A DNA stretch of 64,000 bases from Macrostomum hystrix (Eukaryota > Animalia > Platyhelminthes): the NCBI GenBank assembly GCA_950097015.1, contig CATNEN010000039.1, positions 16,120,001 to 16,184,000 of the forward strand, given 5' to 3'. The position numbers were made by a program, and so were the translations under genes. Positions 61,126 to 64,000 of the stretch are shown here, one piece after another; the first letter of the stretch is position 1; each line of letters begins with the position of its first letter. The notes under the pieces were generated by a model. It was not told the DNA's origin, searched no databases, and worked only from the letters and a program-made list of their open reading frames with translations.

Positions 61126-62233
61126 ATATAAGACCCTACTGCTTGGAAAGAAACGGGGTTCTAATGAATCGATGCTAAAAAGTAACGAGTTTTTTAAACA
61201 CTAACGATAAGGTAACGGAAATGGAACTAATAGTGAAATAAAAAACACATATAAAAACTTCAAAAGCAAAAAAAGTAACGGAATCTTAGAACACTAACGC
61301 TGAGAAATTAACTAAGGCTTTCCAGGGAATAAAAAAAAACAGAAAGTCTTTTGGAAAGCAGAATGGACCAACGCGTGAAGCGTTAAATGAATTTATTTGT
61401 CAACCTATTTGGAATTTATAAAAAAGTTAAAATCAAGAAGTTTAAAATGACGAGTAAAACAACAAAGAAAAACAGCGCGAATTCAATATGTAACGGTAGC
61501 ACTCGATTTTTGTTAATATTTGGCCTAGTTTTATTGATGAAAACGACAGGCAGATTGCAAAAGTTAATAGATACTTTGATTTGTTCATCAAAGCTACCGT
61601 CGTTCAAAACAGAAATCAATAAGCAAACAGATTGAGGTCTCGCATAGATAAAAATTCACTGTGTCATGTTCTGTTTTACTAGACACAAAAACACATGAAA
61701 TGAACGATTAACCTGCACTATATGGTTAAGAGATCGAAAGAATTTGAAACTAGAATATGATACTACTATCAAGTTCAATTAGTGACATGTGACAACAGTA
61801 AATATACATGCAAATGAGCTACAAATCAGTGCATATATTGCGTGAAATGATAAAAGTTTAAATATATATGTTTAACAAATAGTTTGATTGATTGATTAAT
61901 TGATTAGTTGATACATGGATAAAAATCATCAGTTGTGAAAAACTACAATCAATTAAAACAGACTAGTACTTTAACTTGTAAACAATAGGCAGAAATAATA
62001 TGCAGGGAAATATTGCGCACATTATACTACTAACATATCTGACGATCTATCAGTAGTAGGCAAGCTTTATTATTAAAAAAATTGGTGAATTTCTAACAAA
62101 ATCATCATGCCAAAGTACACCATATTAGATGAAAAACTAAGTTCGAAAATAGATATCTCATAAAAACAGAAGTTCGTCAGAGGTTCGAATCTGCTAGAAT
62201 ATTGTTAGAATAAAAATGATTATTAGCATGTAC

Positions 62234-63962
62234 TCAAGCCGTTCTCATCGATACGAGGGTCTCAATAACTCCGGGATCAGCCAGGGTGCTAGTATCGCCA
62301 TAGTTGTCACCGCCGGCAGCAATCTCTCTTAGAATTCTACGCATAATCTTGCCCGAGCGAGTCTTTGGCAGCGCTGGGGCCTCTTGGATGGTGTCGGGTG
62401 CTGCGAATGCGCCAATGCGTTCGCGAACAATCACTAGCAGCTGGCGAATCAGGCTGGCATCAAAGACGGCGCCGTCCTTCAGTGTGACGAACGCGTAGGC
62501 GCTTTCGCCCTGAGGTAAATTGGTGTTTAGAAAACTAAAGCAATCAGCATATTGTAGAAAGATCCTCAGAGTGGGATCTGAAACTTCACAGATCTACTAA
62601 ATGGGATCTAGAAACTTCTTAGATCCTCCAAGTGAGATCTGAAACTTTCCATATCCTTAAAGTGGGATTTAAAACCTCCCAGATCCTGTAAGTGGGATCT
62701 GAAACGTCCCAGATCCTCACAGGGATCTGAAACTTCCCAAATCCTGAGAGTGGGATCTAAAACCTCTAGGTCCTCTAAATGGGATCTCTCAAGCCTCCCA
62801 GTTCCTATAAATGGGATCTAAACATCCAGGTCCTCTAAATTGGATACAAAACATCCAGGCCCTCTAACTGGGATACAAAACCTCTAGGTCCACTAAATGG
62901 GATCTAAAACCTCTAGGCCCTCTAAATGGGATCTAAAGCCTCAAAGTTGTTCTAAAATGGGATCTAAAATCCTCAAATTGAGATATGAAGAATCCAAGTT
63001 CTTCCACTGTCCTTCTAGAATTTCACACTAAACAATACCGACGCTAAACATAATCGAACCTTGACATCGTGATGCCGACCAACAACGGCCGCCTCGGCCA
63101 CCTTCGGATGCTCAACTAGGGCCGATTCAATTTGAGCTGTGCTCAACAGATGACCGCTAACATTGATCATGTCGTCGATGCGGCCAGTAACCCACAGGTA
63201 GCCGTCTTTGTCGCGTTGGGCGCCGTCGCCAGTGGTGTAGTAGCTTTTGAACTTGGAGAAGTACGTCTAAAAATACGTAAAAATGGAAGCTTATTTATAT
63301 CTACAGCTGGGTGAACTAAAGCAATGGAGAGTTTATTAATTTTAAGCCAGAGTTTCGAAACCCAGACCACTGACAGTTAAAACGGCCCTTTTAGGTACCG
63401 CAAATTAGGAAGGCATTAGAAATCAAATTTAATTATATACCATAGATTCGAATTCCAGACCTCAAACACTTTAAACGGCCCTTTTAAGTACCGCAAATCC
63501 TGCAGAAAGGCATCAGACGTTATATATTATATAGCAGAAAACGGCACGCACCTGTTCATAACGCGGATGATCGCCAAATACAGTGCGCATAATACCAGGC
63601 CAGGGGCCGGCAAACACCAGGTAGCCTTCTCCAGGCCCTTCAATGACATCGCCAGTGTCCGGATTCAGTAGCACCGGTTGGACGCCGAAAAATGGAAAAC
63701 AAGCCGAGCCAGGTTTGGTGGGTGTGGCGCCCGGCAGCGGAGTGATCACGTGACCGCCAGTCTCAGTCTGCCAGAAGGTGTCAACAACGGAGCATTGTGA
63801 CCGGCCAACCAATCGGTGGTACCAGAGCCAGGCCTCCGGGTTAATCGGCTCACCGACTGTGGCAATGATGCGCAGACTGGCCCGGCTGCTGCGTTCCACA
63901 AATGAGTCGCCGAATTTCATCAGAGTGCGGATTGCGGTTGGCGCGGTGTAGAATGTGGTCAC
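62234..63962 (-). CDS. ACSS2: Acetyl-CoA synthetase, last three exons (5' part outside the window)
   Basis: Exons 63962-63552, 63266-63060 and 62509-62234 (GT-AG, phase 0). Motifs [42 protein letters not shown] and [12 protein letters not shown]. The ACSS2-versus-ACSS1 assignment is tentative. Confidence 0.92.
62570..62990. repeat. Degenerate ~28-bp tandem repeat (GGGATCTGAAACTTCCCAGATCCT..) in the last ACS intron
   Basis: Direct reading. The duplication breakpoint (62595) lies in its first unit. Confidence 0.8.
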
Positions 63963-64000
63963 CTGTTTGTGCGAGAGACTGAAAGATACTGTGAGTCAGT

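Overview
Eukaryotic, intron-containing invertebrate DNA. The GC-rich exons and dense minisatellites resemble a Macrostomum-type flatworm, but the organism is not verifiable here. The window holds about three rearranged tandem iterations of a ~20-25 kb unit (copy 1 ~260-11437, copy 2 ~16502-36035, copy 3 ~36036-61125), followed by the intact 3' end of an acetyl-CoA synthetase gene (minus strand, 62234->64000). The duplication breakpoint lies in the last intron of that gene. The units carry two complete 5-exon HADHA genes (minus strand, ~777 aa) and two copies of a secreted, two-domain Cys-rich (three-finger/Ly6-like) gene. Copy 3 alone has a cluster of three divergent BIR-like/RING (IAP-like) genes. 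The rest comprises six minisatellite families with copy-specific lengths and many TE pieces: Gypsy, RNase H-bearing LINE, DIRS, Helitrons, a hAT MITE, a Tc1/mariner fragment and a tRNA-derived SINE. The most striking signal is in the two secreted-protein paralogs. Their flanks, intron and cysteine framework are near-identical, yet several inter-cysteine loops are almost completely replaced with in-frame length changes (CDR-like hypervariability). The neighbouring HADHA copies differ almost only at synonymous sites.
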